Counted from the stretch's first letter, positions 29,315-40,119 are shown. The stretch: DNA of 59,874 nucleotides from Microbacterium sp. (GCF_031178525.1 NZ_JAPSJA010000001.1:1-59874); one strand, 5' to 3'. The notes: a model not told the origin generated them from the sequence alone. Made by a program: numbers and translations.

Positions 29315-29798
29315 CCGACAGAACGGAGGCGTCGGACGCGAGGTTCACGAGCAGCACGTCGTCGGCCGCATCCGGGTCGAGCGCATACTCGAGCACCGCG
29401 AACGGGTCCTCGCCGCCGTGCTCGTCCGCGAGGATCGTCATGCTCATCAGCTGAAGCGAGCGGATGATGTCGACCGCGGCATCGCCGCTGATGTCGACGA
29501 GGAGGTCCTCCAGCTCGTCCCCGAGCGTCTGCTGCTGCATCAGGATGTACTCGGTCACCTCGCTCGCGCGGTCGTCGACCTCGCTGAGCATCGCGGAGCG
29601 GCCTCGACGGTCGAGCTCCTCGAGGGCGGACACCATGGCGGCGGCCGCGTCCAGCGCCGCCGGCGAGACGTCCTCCTGGTCGGGCGCGGTCAGGTCGACG
29701 GTGACGTTCTGGTCGCCGAGCTCGACGTTCTCAGACCAGAAGATGGAGCCGTCCGGGCCGGACTCCAGAAGGCCGAAGAAGTCGTGTTCGATCGCCAT
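29298..29798 (-). CDS. Acidic conserved hypothetical protein (DUF2004-like)
   Basis: MAIEHDFFG...FAVLEYALDPD; coding-like codon bias; family call from memory. Confidence 0.7.
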   Translation of the reverse strand: MAIEHDFFGLLESGPDGSIFWSENVELGDQNVTVDLTAPDQEDVSPAALDAAAAMVSALEELDRRGRSAMLSEVDDRASEVTEYILMQQQTLGDELEDLLVDISGDAAVDIIRSLQLMSMTILADEHGGEDPFAVLEYALDPDAADDVLLVNLASDASVLSVTSAD

Positions 29799-29933
29799 AT
29801 CCCTATGAAACCAGCAGGCGGACCCGCACGGTAGATCGCCCGGTTCGCGGTGCGACCGGGCGTGTCGCCGCGCGAGAGGCTCACGGGCCTCCGTGACCTT
29901 CGGACGGCTCGCCAGGAGGGCCGCGACGCACGG

Positions 29934-29953
29934 CGTGAGGATTCCGTGAGGAT
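29934..29953 (+). promoter_or_regulatory. Direct repeat CGTGAGGAT x2 at 11-bp period upstream of kup (possible response-regulator box)
   Basis: Copies at 29934-29942 and 29945-29953. Confidence 0.45.
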
Positions 29954-30024
29954 GCGCCCGCACGACGTGTGGATTCCGTGCGGCCGGGCCGGAGGCCGCA
30001 TACGGCGGCGTAATTTCGCCCTCC

Positions 30025-31971
30025 GTGACACAGCTGCTCGAACGCATCGCGACCCGCACGACGACCACGCACGCCGTGCGCGAGCGCGTCCGATTCGCCC
30101 TGGTGCTCGGCGCCCTCGGCGTGGTCTTCGGCGACATCGGCACGAGCCCCATCTACACGCTGCAGACGATCTTCAACCCGGACGATCCGCACCCCGTGCC
30201 CGTCGATCCCGAGAACGTCTACGGCGTCGTCTCGCTGATCTTCTGGTCGATGATGATCATCGTCACACTCACCTACGTGTCCCTTGCGATGCGCGTGGAC
30301 AACCACGGCGAGGGCGGCATCATGGCGCTCATCACGCTGCTGCGGTCGTGGGCGGCCAGGCGGCAGGTGCGCGTGACGGGCGTGCTCGCGGCGCTCGGCA
30401 TCTTCGGCGCCTCGCTGTTCCTCGGCGACGGGATGATCACGCCCGCGATCTCGGTCCTGTCGGCCGTGGAGGGGCTCAAGATCGTCAACCCGGATCTCGA
30501 GCCGTTCGTCATCCCGATCGTCGTCGTGATCATCGTCGTGCTGTTCGCGGCGCAGAAGTTCGGCACGAACGCGGTCGGCCGCCTGTTCGGCCCGGTCACA
30601 ACCGTCTGGTTCGCGGCGATCGCGCTGTGCGGCATCGGCGGCATCCTGCTCGAGCCGGGCATCCTCGTGGCCCTGTCGCCGACCTACGCGATCACGTTCC
30701 TGCTCGGCCACTTCCACTACGCGTTCTTCGCACTCGCGGCGATCGTGCTGTGCTTCACCGGCGCCGAGGCGCTGTACGCCGACATGGGTCACTTCGGTCG
30801 CAGGCCGATCACGATCGGCTGGCTGTTCGTCGTGCTGCCCGCCGTCACGATCAACTACATGGGCCAGGGCGCTCTCATCCTGCACGACAGGGATGCGCTC
30901 GCCTCGCCGTTCTTCCTGCTGATCCCCGAGTCACTGCGCGTGCCGATGGTCGTCCTCGCCACCGCCGCGACCGTCATCGCGTCGCAGGCGGTCATCAGCG
31001 GAGCCTTCTCGGTCGCGTCCCAGGCCGCCGAGCTCGGCTACCTGCCGCGCCTGCGCATCCTGCACACCTCGACGGATACGTATGGCCAGATCTACGTGCC
31101 GTGGGTGAACGGCATCATCCTCGCGGCCGTGCTGATCCTGGTGCTCACATTCCAGAGCTCGACCGCGCTCGCCTACGCGTACGGCATGACGGCGATCGGC
31201 ACCAACACGATCACGACCATCCTCTTCTTCTACGTCGCCTTCCGCGCGTGGAAGACGCCGCGCTGGCTGCTGTGGAGCGGCCTCGTGCTGATCCTGTCGT
31301 TCGAGCTGCTGTTCGTCGCGGCGAACCTGACCAAGATCCTGCACGGCGCGTGGCTGCCTCTGGCGATCGCCCTGGCGTCGTTCACGGTCATGGCGACCTG
31401 GCAGAAGGGCCGCAGCATCGTGACGGCCAAGCGCACGAAAATGGAGGGCTCCCTGGCGGAGTTCATGGACGAGATCAAGAGCCGTCCGCACGAGATCGTG
31501 ACGGTCCCGGGCACCGCGATCTTCCTCAATCGCGGCAAGACGGAGGTGCCGCTGGCGCTGCGCGACAACATCCGTCACAACCACGTGCGGCACCAGAACA
31601 TCGTGCTGGTGTCCGTGGAGATCGCGACCGTCCCCCGCGTGGCATCTCGGCACCGCGTCGAAGTCGACGACCTGGGCGATCCCACCGACGGCATCACCCA
31701 CGTCACCGTGCACTTCGGCTACGCCGAGGTCACCGACGTCCCGCGTGCTCTCGCGCTCGTGAGTCCCAAGGCCGCCTGCGGCCGGCTGCAGCTGGACGAG
31801 GCGATCTACTACCTGTCGAGGATCGAGCTGCGCGCCGGTCGCAAACCGCGCATGAGGACGTGGCGCAAGAAGCTGTTCCTCGCGACGTCGCGCATCACGG
31901 TCGACGCGGCCGAGCACTTCAACCTGCCGCTGAACCGCACGGTCGTGCTGGGCGAGGTCGTCGAGGTCTGA
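30025..31971 (+). CDS. kup: KUP/HAK/KT potassium transporter
   Basis: GVVFGDIGTSPIY, GEGGIMAL, DGMITPAISVLSAVEG, EALYADMGHF, GQIYVP. Confidence 0.96.
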   Translation: MTQLLERIATRTTTTHAVRERVRFALVLGALGVVFGDIGTSPIYTLQTIFNPDDPHPVPVDPENVYGVVSLIFWSMMIIVTLTYVSLAMRVDNHGEGGIMALITLLRSWAARRQVRVTGVLAALGIFGASLFLGDGMITPAISVLSAVEGLKIVNPDLEPFVIPIVVVIIVVLFAAQKFGTNAVGRLFGPVTTVWFAAIALCGIGGILLEPGILVALSPTYAITFLLGHFHYAFFALAAIVLCFTGAEALYADMGHFGRRPITIGWLFVVLPAVTINYMGQGALILHDRDALASPFFLLIPESLRVPMVVLATAATVIASQAVISGAFSVASQAAELGYLPRLRILHTSTDTYGQIYVPWVNGIILAAVLILVLTFQSSTALAYAYGMTAIGTNTITTILFFYVAFRAWKTPRWLLWSGLVLILSFELLFVAANLTKILHGAWLPLAIALASFTVMATWQKGRSIVTAKRTKMEGSLAEFMDEIKSRPHEIVTVPGTAIFLNRGKTEVPLALRDNIRHNHVRHQNIVLVSVEIATVPRVASRHRVEVDDLGDPTDGITHVTVHFGYAEVTDVPRALALVSPKAACGRLQLDEAIYYLSRIELRAGRKPRMRTWRKKLFLATSRITVDAAEHFNLPLNRTVVLGEVVEV

Positions 31972-31996
31972 CGCGCTCCCGCGCGCGGGCCGCGCC

Positions 31997-32878
31997 TCAG
32001 TCGACGGCGCCCTCGACGAGCGCCTGCACGAACACGTGGGGCGTGAAGCCCGTGAGGTCGCCGATGCCCTCGCCCTGGCCCAGCAGCTTCACCGGGATGC
32101 CCGTGCGCTCCTGCACGGCGAGCACGAATCCGCCCTTCGCCGAGCCGTCGAGCTTCGAGATCACAAGGCCGGTCACGCCGGCGTGCTGCAGGAACGCCTC
32201 TGCCTGCATCACGCCGTTCTGGCCCGTGGTCGCGTCGAGCACGAGCAGCACCTCGCTGATCGGCGCCTGCTTCTCGATCACGCGCCGGATCTTGGTGAGC
32301 TCGTCCATCAGGCCGCCCTTGGTGTGCAGGCGACCGGCCGTGTCGACGAGCACGATCTCGGTGCCCGTGCGCTTGGCGTAGTCGATCGTCTGGAAGGCGA
32401 CGGACGCCGGGTCCTGGCCCTCGCGATCGGGGCGCACGATCGCGGCTCCGCCGCGCTCGGCCCACGTCGCGAGCTGGTCGACGGCCGCGGCGCGGAACGT
32501 GTCGGCGGCACCCACGACGACCGAGCGCTGATACCGGCCGAGGAAGTGCGCGAACTTGCCGATCGTGGTGGTCTTGCCGACGCCGTTCACGCCGACGACC
32601 AGCACGACCGCGGGCCGCTCGGTGAGCTTCAGGGTCGTGTCGTACTTCGCGAACCGCTCCTCGAGCGTCTCCTTCAGCATGCGGTTGAGGTCGCGCGGAT
32701 CCGTCGTGCGGTAGCGCTCGACGTCGTCACGCAGCTGATCGACGATCCGCTCCGTGATGTCCGGTCCGAAGTCGGCCTGGATCAGCGCGGTCTCGAGTGT
32801 GTCCCACGTGTCCTCGTCGATCGTCGGACGCACGAACACGCCGCGCAGCGCACGACCCAGGGACCACTTCTCCGCCAT
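31997..32878 (-). CDS. ftsY: SRP receptor FtsY (short NG-only form)
   Basis: GVNGVGKTTT, DTFRAAA, DTAGR, SKLDGSAKGG. Confidence 0.97.
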   Translation of the reverse strand: MAEKWSLGRALRGVFVRPTIDEDTWDTLETALIQADFGPDITERIVDQLRDDVERYRTTDPRDLNRMLKETLEERFAKYDTTLKLTERPAVVLVVGVNGVGKTTTIGKFAHFLGRYQRSVVVGAADTFRAAAVDQLATWAERGGAAIVRPDREGQDPASVAFQTIDYAKRTGTEIVLVDTAGRLHTKGGLMDELTKIRRVIEKQAPISEVLLVLDATTGQNGVMQAEAFLQHAGVTGLVISKLDGSAKGGFVLAVQERTGIPVKLLGQGEGIGDLTGFTPHVFVQALVEGAVD

Positions 32879-32922
32879 GGGATCAACTCTATGTCGGCGT
32901 GCGCCGCGAGCCGCGCCAGCGC

Positions 32923-34176
32923 TCAGTCGGCCGTGACGCGCGCGCCCTTGCCGACGACCGTGATGCCGCTGTCGGTCACGATGAAGCCGCGAGCGCGGTC
33001 CCGCGCGGCATCGACGCCGACCGCGGCGCCCGCCTCGATCACGACGCTCTTATCGACGATCGCCCGGCGTATCGTGGCACCCGCCGCGACGCGCGTGTTC
33101 TCGAAAACGATCGAGTCGGTCAGCATCGCTCCCGACTCGACGACCGTGCGCGGCCCCAGCACGCTGCGCTCGATGTGCGCGCCGGAGATGACCGAGCCGA
33201 GCGAGACGATCGAGTCGATCACGGTGCTCAGCGTGCCGCGCGCATCGCGGGTGAACTTCGCCGGCGGCAGGTTGTCCTGCCTGCTGAAGATCGGCCACTC
33301 GTTGTTGTACAGATTGAAGACCGGCAGCACCGAGATCAGATCCTGATGCGCGTCGAAGTACGACTCGATCGTCCCGACGTCGCGCCAGTAGTACCGATCA
33401 CGCGCCGTGCTGCCGGGCACGTCGTTGTTCTTCATGTCGTAGACGCCCGCCGTGCCCTTCTCCACGAAGTACGGCACGATGTCGCCACCCATGTCATGGT
33501 TCGAGTCCGTGCGCTCCCCGTCGGCGCGCACGGCCTCCACGAGCGCATCCTTCGTGAAGATGTAATTGCCCATCGAGGCCAGCACCTCGCCCGGCGAATC
33601 CGGCAGGCCCTGCGGCTGCGCGGGCTTCTCGAGGAACTCGCGGATGCACGACGGATCCTGCGGATCCACGTCGATCACGCCGAACTGGTCCGCGAGCGTG
33701 ATCGGCTGCCGGATCGCGGCCACGGTGCACTCGGCGCCCGACGCGATATGCGCGTCCAGCATGTGCTCGAAATCCATGCGGTACACGTGATCCGCCCCTA
33801 CGACGACGATGTAGTCGGGGTTCTCGTCGAACACGAGATTCAGGCTCTGCAGGATCGCGTCGGCCGAGCCGAGGTACCAGCGCTTGCCGAGGCGCTGCTG
33901 CGCGGGCACCGAGGTGACGTACGAGTTGAACAGCCCGCTCATGCGCCACAGCTGTGAGATGTGGCGGTCGAGGCTGTGCGACTTGTACTGGGTCAGCACG
34001 ATGATCTGACGCAGGCCCGAGTTCATCAGATTCGACAGCGCGAAGTCGATCAGGCGATAGTGACCGCCGAACGGCACCGCCGGCTTGGCGCGGTCGAGTG
34101 TCAATGGCATCAGTCGCTTGCCTTCGCCGCCCGCGAGGACGATCCCCAGCACCTTCTTCGTTGCAGCCGCTGCCAT
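32923..34176 (-). CDS. glgC: Glucose-1-phosphate adenylyltransferase
   Basis: [45 protein letters not shown]. Confidence 0.97.
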   Translation of the reverse strand: MAAAATKKVLGIVLAGGEGKRLMPLTLDRAKPAVPFGGHYRLIDFALSNLMNSGLRQIIVLTQYKSHSLDRHISQLWRMSGLFNSYVTSVPAQQRLGKRWYLGSADAILQSLNLVFDENPDYIVVVGADHVYRMDFEHMLDAHIASGAECTVAAIRQPITLADQFGVIDVDPQDPSCIREFLEKPAQPQGLPDSPGEVLASMGNYIFTKDALVEAVRADGERTDSNHDMGGDIVPYFVEKGTAGVYDMKNNDVPGSTARDRYYWRDVGTIESYFDAHQDLISVLPVFNLYNNEWPIFSRQDNLPPAKFTRDARGTLSTVIDSIVSLGSVISGAHIERSVLGPRTVVESGAMLTDSIVFENTRVAAGATIRRAIVDKSVVIEAGAAVGVDAARDRARGFIVTDSGITVVGKGARVTAD

Positions 34177-34225
34177 AGGGCTGACCCTAGTGTCCCCACG
34201 ACGTGGATCCCACTAGGTTGACACC
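34177..34225. promoter_or_regulatory. Back-to-back leaderless promoters of glgC and glgA within a dyad
   Basis: TAGGTT 6 nt before the glgA ATG; TAGGGT 7 nt before the glgC ATG (minus strand); CCTAGTG...CACTAGG arms around CCACG-A-CGTGG. Confidence 0.6.
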
Positions 34226-35413
34226 ATGCGCGTCGACCTGCTCACCCGTGAGTACCCACCCGAGATCTACGGGGGCGCCGGCGTCCACGTCGCCGAACTC
34301 GTCAAGGCCCTGCGGCGCGACATCGACGTCGTTGTGCGGTGCTTCGGCGCACCCAGGGACGAGCACGACGTGCACGCGTACGAGGTGCCGGACGGACTCG
34401 GCGAGGCGAACGGCGCGCTGCAGACGATGGGCGTGGATCTCGCGATCGCGCGCGACGTCGCGGGCACGGACCTCGTGCACTCGCACACCTGGTACGCGAA
34501 CTTCGCCGGTCACGTCGCCAAGATGCTGCACGGCGTCCCGCACGTCGCGACCGCGCACAGCCTCGAACCGCTGCGCCCCTGGAAGGCCGAGCAGCTCGGC
34601 GGCGGCTACCGCCTGTCGAGCTGGATAGAGCGTGACGCGCTGACCTCCGCCGATGCGGTCGTCGCCGTCAGCGAGGGAATGCGACGCGACCTGCTGCGGG
34701 TGTACCCGGACCTGGACCCGGAGCGCGTGAAGGTCGTCTACAACGGCATCGACCTCGACGCCTGGCACCGCGTCGACGACGCCGACACGGTGCGCGCGCT
34801 CGGAGTGGATCCGGATCGTCCGTCGGTCGTGTTCGTCGGACGGATCACGCGGCAGAAGGGCCTGCCGTACCTGCTGCGCGCGGCGCGACTGCTGCCCCCG
34901 GACGTGCAGCTCGTGCTCTGTGCCGGCGCCCCTGACACCCCCGAGATCATGGCGGAGGTCGAGGGGCTGGTCGCCGAGCTGCGCGAGAGCCGTCAGGGCA
35001 TCGTCTGGATCGACCGGCACCTGCCCCGGCACGAGCTGTGCGCTCTCCTCAGCGCGGCCACCACGTTCGTGTGCCCCTCCGTCTACGAGCCGCTCGGCAT
35101 CGTGAACCTGGAGGCGATGGCGTGCGGCGCCCCCGTCGTCGGCACGGGCACCGGCGGCATCCCGGAGGTCGTCGCCCACGGCGAGACCGGCACGATCGTG
35201 CCGCTGGAGCAGCTCGACGACGGAACGGGCACCCCGACGGACCCCGACCGGTTCGTGTCCGACCTCGCCGCCGCGCTCACCGACATGGTGTCGGACAGGG
35301 ATCGCGCGCGCACACTGGGCGAGGCGGGGCGCCGGCGTGCAGAGCGCGAGTTCTCCTGGCTGCAGATCGCCGATCGCACCCGCGCGCTCTACGCCGCCGT
35401 CCTCGCCGGCTGA
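34226..35413 (+). CDS. glgA: Actinobacterial GlgA/GlgM glycosyltransferase (GT4; maltose-1-phosphate synthase type)
   Basis: MRVDLLTREYPPEIYGGAGVHV, HSHTWY, RPWKAEQLGGGY, GRITRQKG, EPLGIVNLEA. Confidence 0.93.
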   Translation: MRVDLLTREYPPEIYGGAGVHVAELVKALRRDIDVVVRCFGAPRDEHDVHAYEVPDGLGEANGALQTMGVDLAIARDVAGTDLVHSHTWYANFAGHVAKMLHGVPHVATAHSLEPLRPWKAEQLGGGYRLSSWIERDALTSADAVVAVSEGMRRDLLRVYPDLDPERVKVVYNGIDLDAWHRVDDADTVRALGVDPDRPSVVFVGRITRQKGLPYLLRAARLLPPDVQLVLCAGAPDTPEIMAEVEGLVAELRESRQGIVWIDRHLPRHELCALLSAATTFVCPSVYEPLGIVNLEAMACGAPVVGTGTGGIPEVVAHGETGTIVPLEQLDDGTGTPTDPDRFVSDLAAALTDMVSDRDRARTLGEAGRRRAEREFSWLQIADRTRALYAAVLAG

Positions 35414-35443
35414 TCGACAGGGTGCGGGGACGCTCGGTGGGCC

Positions 35444-36568
35444 TTAGCGCCGCACGGACACCGTCACCGTGAACTTCGGATTCCGCCCCGCCTGACGCGT
35501 CGGACCGACCATGCGCTCGAGGATCGGGCGATAGCCGAGGTGCGAGTTGAACACGCACCAGAGCTCGCCTCCCGGACGCAGCACGCGCGCGGCGTCCGCG
35601 AACAGCTTGGGGGCGATCGCGTCGGTCACCGCTGCTCCGGAGTGGAAGGGCGGGTTGAGCAGGATGAGGTCGACCGAGGCGTCCGGCCGCGATCCGAGCC
35701 CGTCGTCCCGCACCACCTCGACGCGATCCGCCACGCCGTTCGCGGCGGCGGTCGCGCGCGCCGATGCGACGGCCGCCGCCGACTGATCCGTCGCGAGCAC
35801 CCGGACGGCCGGTCGCGACGTCGCGAGCATCGTCGCGAGCACGCCCGTGCCGCACGCGAGATCGACCGCGTCGGTCGCCTCGCGCATGTCGGGCAGGAAG
35901 CCCAGGAGGAACCGCGTGCCGATGTCGATCGACGTCCCCGCGAAGGCGGCGCCGTGCGCGCACACCGTGATCCCGAGATCCGGATGCCGCTGCGCGTGCG
36001 GCCACTGATCGCTCGTCGCGCGGATCGGGCCGCTCGCGTGCAGCACGCGCGACTTGCTCGCGGCGCGGCTCGCCGTGACGGACGCGAAGTGCCGCCCCAG
36101 GACGTCGTTCATCGCGGGCGTCATGTGCTTCACCCGACCGCCCGCGACGAGCCGGACATCGTCCGCGGCGGCGGAGGCGACGACTCCCGCGATCTCGTCG
36201 AGCGCGTCGAGCGATCGCGGCAGCTGCAGCATCACGGCGCGCGCGCCGTCGGCGAGTGAGGCGTCCAGCGGGTGCCAGGCGACCCGGTTCAGCGGGATGC
36301 CGACACGCTCCGCGTTCGCCCGCAGCGCCCGCTCCCCCGTGATCGCATCCTGATGCACGCGCACCCGGGCGCGCGGATCCGCCTCCAGCAGCGACAGCGT
36401 CAGCGCTCCGTACCGGTCGCCGATCACGACGACGTCCTGGGCGGCCGGACGGGCCTCCGACAGGATGAGCCGATCGCTCGCGTCGGCCGCGACCAGGTCG
36501 TGCGCCTCCACGTCCGGCCACCGGCGCAGCCGCGGGGCGAGAGCGTCGAACGCGTCGGCGGCCGTCAC
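35444..36568 (-). CDS. Class I SAM-dependent methyltransferase (RsmC/RlmG-like)
   Basis: FAGTSIDIGTRFLL, DLACGTG, LNPPFH; GTG start overlaps the smc stop. Confidence 0.85.
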   Translation of the reverse strand: MTAADAFDALAPRLRRWPDVEAHDLVAADASDRLILSEARPAAQDVVVIGDRYGALTLSLLEADPRARVRVHQDAITGERALRANAERVGIPLNRVAWHPLDASLADGARAVMLQLPRSLDALDEIAGVVASAAADDVRLVAGGRVKHMTPAMNDVLGRHFASVTASRAASKSRVLHASGPIRATSDQWPHAQRHPDLGITVCAHGAAFAGTSIDIGTRFLLGFLPDMREATDAVDLACGTGVLATMLATSRPAVRVLATDQSAAAVASARATAAANGVADRVEVVRDDGLGSRPDASVDLILLNPPFHSGAAVTDAIAPKLFADAARVLRPGGELWCVFNSHLGYRPILERMVGPTRQAGRNPKFTVTVSVRR

Positions 36569-39500
36569 GACGCGGCGCGCTCGGAGATCCGCTGGCCCAC
36601 GACGGCCGAGACGCCGTCCTGGCGCATGGAGACGCCGTACAGCGCGTCGGCGATCTCCATCGTGCGCTTCTGGTGGGTGATCACGATCAGCTGGCTGGAC
36701 TCGCGCAGCTGCTCGAACACCCCCAGCAGACGGCCGAGGTTCGCGTCGTCGAGCGCGGCCTCGACCTCGTCGAGGATGTAGAACGGGCTGGGACGGGCCT
36801 TGAAGATCGCCGTCAGGAACGCCACGGCGGCGAGGGATCGCTCGCCGCCGGAGAGCAGCGACAGCCGCTCGATCTTCTTGCCGACGGGCCGCACCGACAC
36901 CTCGATGCCGGTCGTGAGCAGGTCGTCCGGGTTCGTGAGCGCGATGGACCCCGTGCCGCCGGGGAACAGGATCGGGAAGACCTCGGCGAACGCGGCCTTC
37001 GTGTCCTCGAACGCCGCCTCGAAGATCACCTGCATGCGCTCGTCGAGGTCCGCGATGATCGTCATCAGGTCCTTGCGGGTCTGGACGAGGTCGTCCAGCT
37101 GCTCGGTCAGGAACTTGTGCCGCTGCTCGAGGGCGGCGAACTCCTCGAGCGCGAGCGGATTCACGCGGCCGAGCTGGGCGAGCTTGCGCTCGGCATCGCG
37201 CAGACGGCGCTCCTGCATGCGGCGGTCGTACGGGATCGTGGCCGGCATGCCCTCGTCGGCATGACCGCTCTGCTGGGCGTGCTCGACGAGATCCTCCGCA
37301 GCGCGGATGTCCGCCGTATCGCGAGGAACGGGCTGGTCCGGGCCATATTCCGAAACCAGGATGTCCTCGCCCAAGCCGAGTTCGCTCGCGACCCGCTCGA
37401 GCAGGCTCGTGATGTGCAGCTTCTTCTCGTGGATCTGCAGCTCGAGCCCGTGCACGCTCTCGGTGAGGCCCGTGAGGCGCTCGCGGAGACCTGCCTCCTT
37501 GCCGCGCAGTTCGCGCAGCTCGGCCGTCACGGTGGCGCGGGCGTTCTCCGCCTCGGCGAGGGCCATGCGCGCCTCGGTGACCGAGCGGTCGACCGAGTCG
37601 AGCAGGTGGGGCAGCTCCGCAGCGACCCCCGCTGCGATCTCGCGCTGGCGGCGGCGGATGACGGCGCGCCGCGCGGCGGCGGCCGCCGCCTCGCGCTCGC
37701 GCTCGCGCTGCCGCTCTAGGCTCACGGCGCGGGCCTCGGCCGCGCGGACACGCTCGCGCAGCGTCTCGACGTCCAGTCGCGCGCGCATCTCCTGCTCGCG
37801 CGCGGCCTCCAGCGCTGCGAGGTAGTCGTCGCGCGCGGAGGCGTCCAGGATCGGCCGCGGCTTCTCCAGTGCGGCGTTGAGCTGCTCCGTCGCCGCCTTC
37901 GCCTTGGCCTCCGCATCCGCCACGGCGCCCTGCGCCTGTGCGAGGCCGTTCTGCAGACGCTCGCACTCCGCGACCGCCGCCTCGTGACGCACCGTCGCGC
38001 GATTCAGCTGCTCGGCATGCTGCGCCAGGTGAGCGTCGTGCTCGCGCAGGGCCTGGAGCGCCTCCTTGGCGACGCGGCGCGCGGTCTGCAGGCGCTCGTT
38101 CGCCTCGGTGCGCAGCACGGTGTGCTCCTCGACCTGCACCCGCACCTCGGCGAGCCGCGCCGCCGCGGCGTCCCGCTCGGCCTGCAGCTCGAGGCGCGAC
38201 CGCTCCCCCGCCCCGGCCCGCACGGTCTGCGCCGTGCACACCTCGCCGGCCCGGGTCACGATCGTCAGCGTCGAGTCGGGCGCCGCCGCGAATGCGGCAC
38301 GCGCGGCGTCGAGATCCTCTGCCACTGCGACATGCGCGAGGATCCGCAGCACGCCGTCGGGCGCCCGCACGACCTCGCGTGCCGGAACCACCCCCGGCAG
38401 CGCCGTGGGCGCCACGTCCGCCGGCCCCGCTTCGGCGATCACGATGTCGACCACGCCGAACTCGGCGGCGCCCGCCGCGACGGCGAACGCCGCGGTGCGC
38501 GATTCGACCAGCACGCCCTCGGCGAGGGGCCCGAGCACGGCCGCGATCGCGGCCTCGTAGCCCGGGTCGACATGCACCTCGTCTCCTACGAGACCCCGGA
38601 CGCCCTCACCGCCCCGCGCGATGAGCGCCGCGGCCCCGTTCTGCACATCGAGCGCGCTCGACAGCGCCGCCACCTTCGCCGTCAGCGCGTCCGCCTCGCG
38701 CTCGGCGGCGCGGTGCGCCTCGCGGATGCGCTCGAGCTCCGCCTCGGCCTCGCCTGTCTCGCGCTGCGCGGTCTCGTACGCGGCCTGATGCTCGGCCGCG
38801 GAACCCTCCGACACCACGGTCGGATCGATCCGCTCCAACTCCTCGGCCGCCTCGACCCGGCGCTGGTCCGCGGCGTCCAGCGCATTCTGCTGACGCAGCA
38901 CGCCGCCGCGCACGGCCGCGAGAGCCGACTGCGCGGCCTCAGCCGAACCGCGCAGCGCCGCCAGTCGCATGTCATGCTCGGAGACGAGCGCGCTCTGCTC
39001 CGCGATGTCGGCGTCGAGCGCGTCGAGCTCACCGCGGGCTCGCACCAGTGCGCGCGAGGCATCCTGCACGGCGTCCTGGGCCGCGCCCAGCCCGTCCGAG
39101 ATCTCGGTGATCTCGTGCCGTGCCTCGTCGATCGCCGCCTGCGTGACCGTGATCGCGACCGCGTCCGGATCGTCATCCGCGCCGAGCAGCGCCAGGCGCT
39201 GGTTCGCGAGCGTGAACAGCCCGCGCAGCCTCTCCTGCACCTGCTCGAGCGCGAACGTCACCCGGCGGGCCTCGTCCACCGCCTCGGCGTTCTGCTCGCG
39301 CTCCAGCTGCGCGATCCGCGACCGCACGCCGTCGACCTCGTCCTGCAGTACGAGGCGCTCGGTGTGGCGCTCCTGCTCGCTGCGCGCGTGGTCGGCCAGC
39401 GCGGCGCGCAGCTGCACGACCTCGTCCGCCAGGAGCCGAGCCTTCGCGTCGCGCACGATCGCCGCGATCGTCTGCGCCTCGCGCGCAATCTCCGCCTGCT

Positions 39501-40119
39501 TGCCGAGCGGCTTGAGCTGGCGCCGGATCTCGCCCGCCAGGTCACTCAGGCGCGTGAGGTTCTGCTCCATCGCCTCGAGCTTGCGCAGCGTCTTCTCCTT
39601 GCGCCGGCGGTGCTTCAGGATGCCGGCGGCCTCTTCGATGAAGCCGCGCCGATCCTCGGGAGTCGCCTGCAGCACGGCGTCGAGCCGGCCCTGTCCCACG
39701 ATCACGTGCATCTCGCGCCCGAGGCCGGAGTCGCTCAGCAGCTCCTGCACGTCGAGCAGGCGGCAGGATTCGCCGTTGATCGCGTACTCGCTCGATCCGC
39801 TGCGGAACAGCGTGCGGCTGATCGTCACCTCGCTGTACTCGATCGGCAGCGCACCGTCCGAGTTGTCGATCGCGAGCTGCACCTCCGCGCGCCCGAGCGG
39901 GCCGCGCGTCGCGGTGCCGGCGAAGATGACGTCCTCCATCTTGCCGCCGCGGAGCGTCTTGGCGCCCTGCTCGCCCATGACCCACGCGAGGGCGTCGACG
40001 ACGTTCGACTTGCCGGAGCCGTTCGGACCGACGATGGCCGTCACACCGGGCTCGAGCGCGAAGGTCGTCGGCTGCGCGAACGACTTGAAGCCCTTGAGCG
40101 TCACGCTCTTCAGGTGCAT
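36565..40119 (-). CDS. smc: Chromosome segregation protein SMC
   Basis: MHLKSVTLKGFKSF, GPNGSGKSN, coiled coils and hinge, LSGGE, LDEVEAALD. Confidence 0.98.
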   Translation of the reverse strand: MHLKSVTLKGFKSFAQPTTFALEPGVTAIVGPNGSGKSNVVDALAWVMGEQGAKTLRGGKMEDVIFAGTATRGPLGRAEVQLAIDNSDGALPIEYSEVTISRTLFRSGSSEYAINGESCRLLDVQELLSDSGLGREMHVIVGQGRLDAVLQATPEDRRGFIEEAAGILKHRRRKEKTLRKLEAMEQNLTRLSDLAGEIRRQLKPLGKQAEIAREAQTIAAIVRDAKARLLADEVVQLRAALADHARSEQERHTERLVLQDEVDGVRSRIAQLEREQNAEAVDEARRVTFALEQVQERLRGLFTLANQRLALLGADDDPDAVAITVTQAAIDEARHEITEISDGLGAAQDAVQDASRALVRARGELDALDADIAEQSALVSEHDMRLAALRGSAEAAQSALAAVRGGVLRQQNALDAADQRRVEAAEELERIDPTVVSEGSAAEHQAAYETAQRETGEAEAELERIREAHRAAEREADALTAKVAALSSALDVQNGAAALIARGGEGVRGLVGDEVHVDPGYEAAIAAVLGPLAEGVLVESRTAAFAVAAGAAEFGVVDIVIAEAGPADVAPTALPGVVPAREVVRAPDGVLRILAHVAVAEDLDAARAAFAAAPDSTLTIVTRAGEVCTAQTVRAGAGERSRLELQAERDAAAARLAEVRVQVEEHTVLRTEANERLQTARRVAKEALQALREHDAHLAQHAEQLNRATVRHEAAVAECERLQNGLAQAQGAVADAEAKAKAATEQLNAALEKPRPILDASARDDYLAALEAAREQEMRARLDVETLRERVRAAEARAVSLERQREREREAAAAAARRAVIRRRQREIAAGVAAELPHLLDSVDRSVTEARMALAEAENARATVTAELRELRGKEAGLRERLTGLTESVHGLELQIHEKKLHITSLLERVASELGLGEDILVSEYGPDQPVPRDTADIRAAEDLVEHAQQSGHADEGMPATIPYDRRMQERRLRDAERKLAQLGRVNPLALEEFAALEQRHKFLTEQLDDLVQTRKDLMTIIADLDERMQVIFEAAFEDTKAAFAEVFPILFPGGTGSIALTNPDDLLTTGIEVSVRPVGKKIERLSLLSGGERSLAAVAFLTAIFKARPSPFYILDEVEAALDDANLGRLLGVFEQLRESSQLIVITHQKRTMEIADALYGVSMRQDGVSAVVGQRISERAAS

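Noticed and set aside
35444-38239. Apparent 931-aa methyltransferase fusion overlapping smc
   Set aside because: The upstream part is an alternate frame of smc; the real gene starts at the GTG at 36568.
36565-40119. SMC-like defence system (Wadjet/MksBEF)
   Set aside because: Canonical hinge-containing SMC in the conserved rnc-mutM-smc-ftsY backbone; no jet/mks partner genes.
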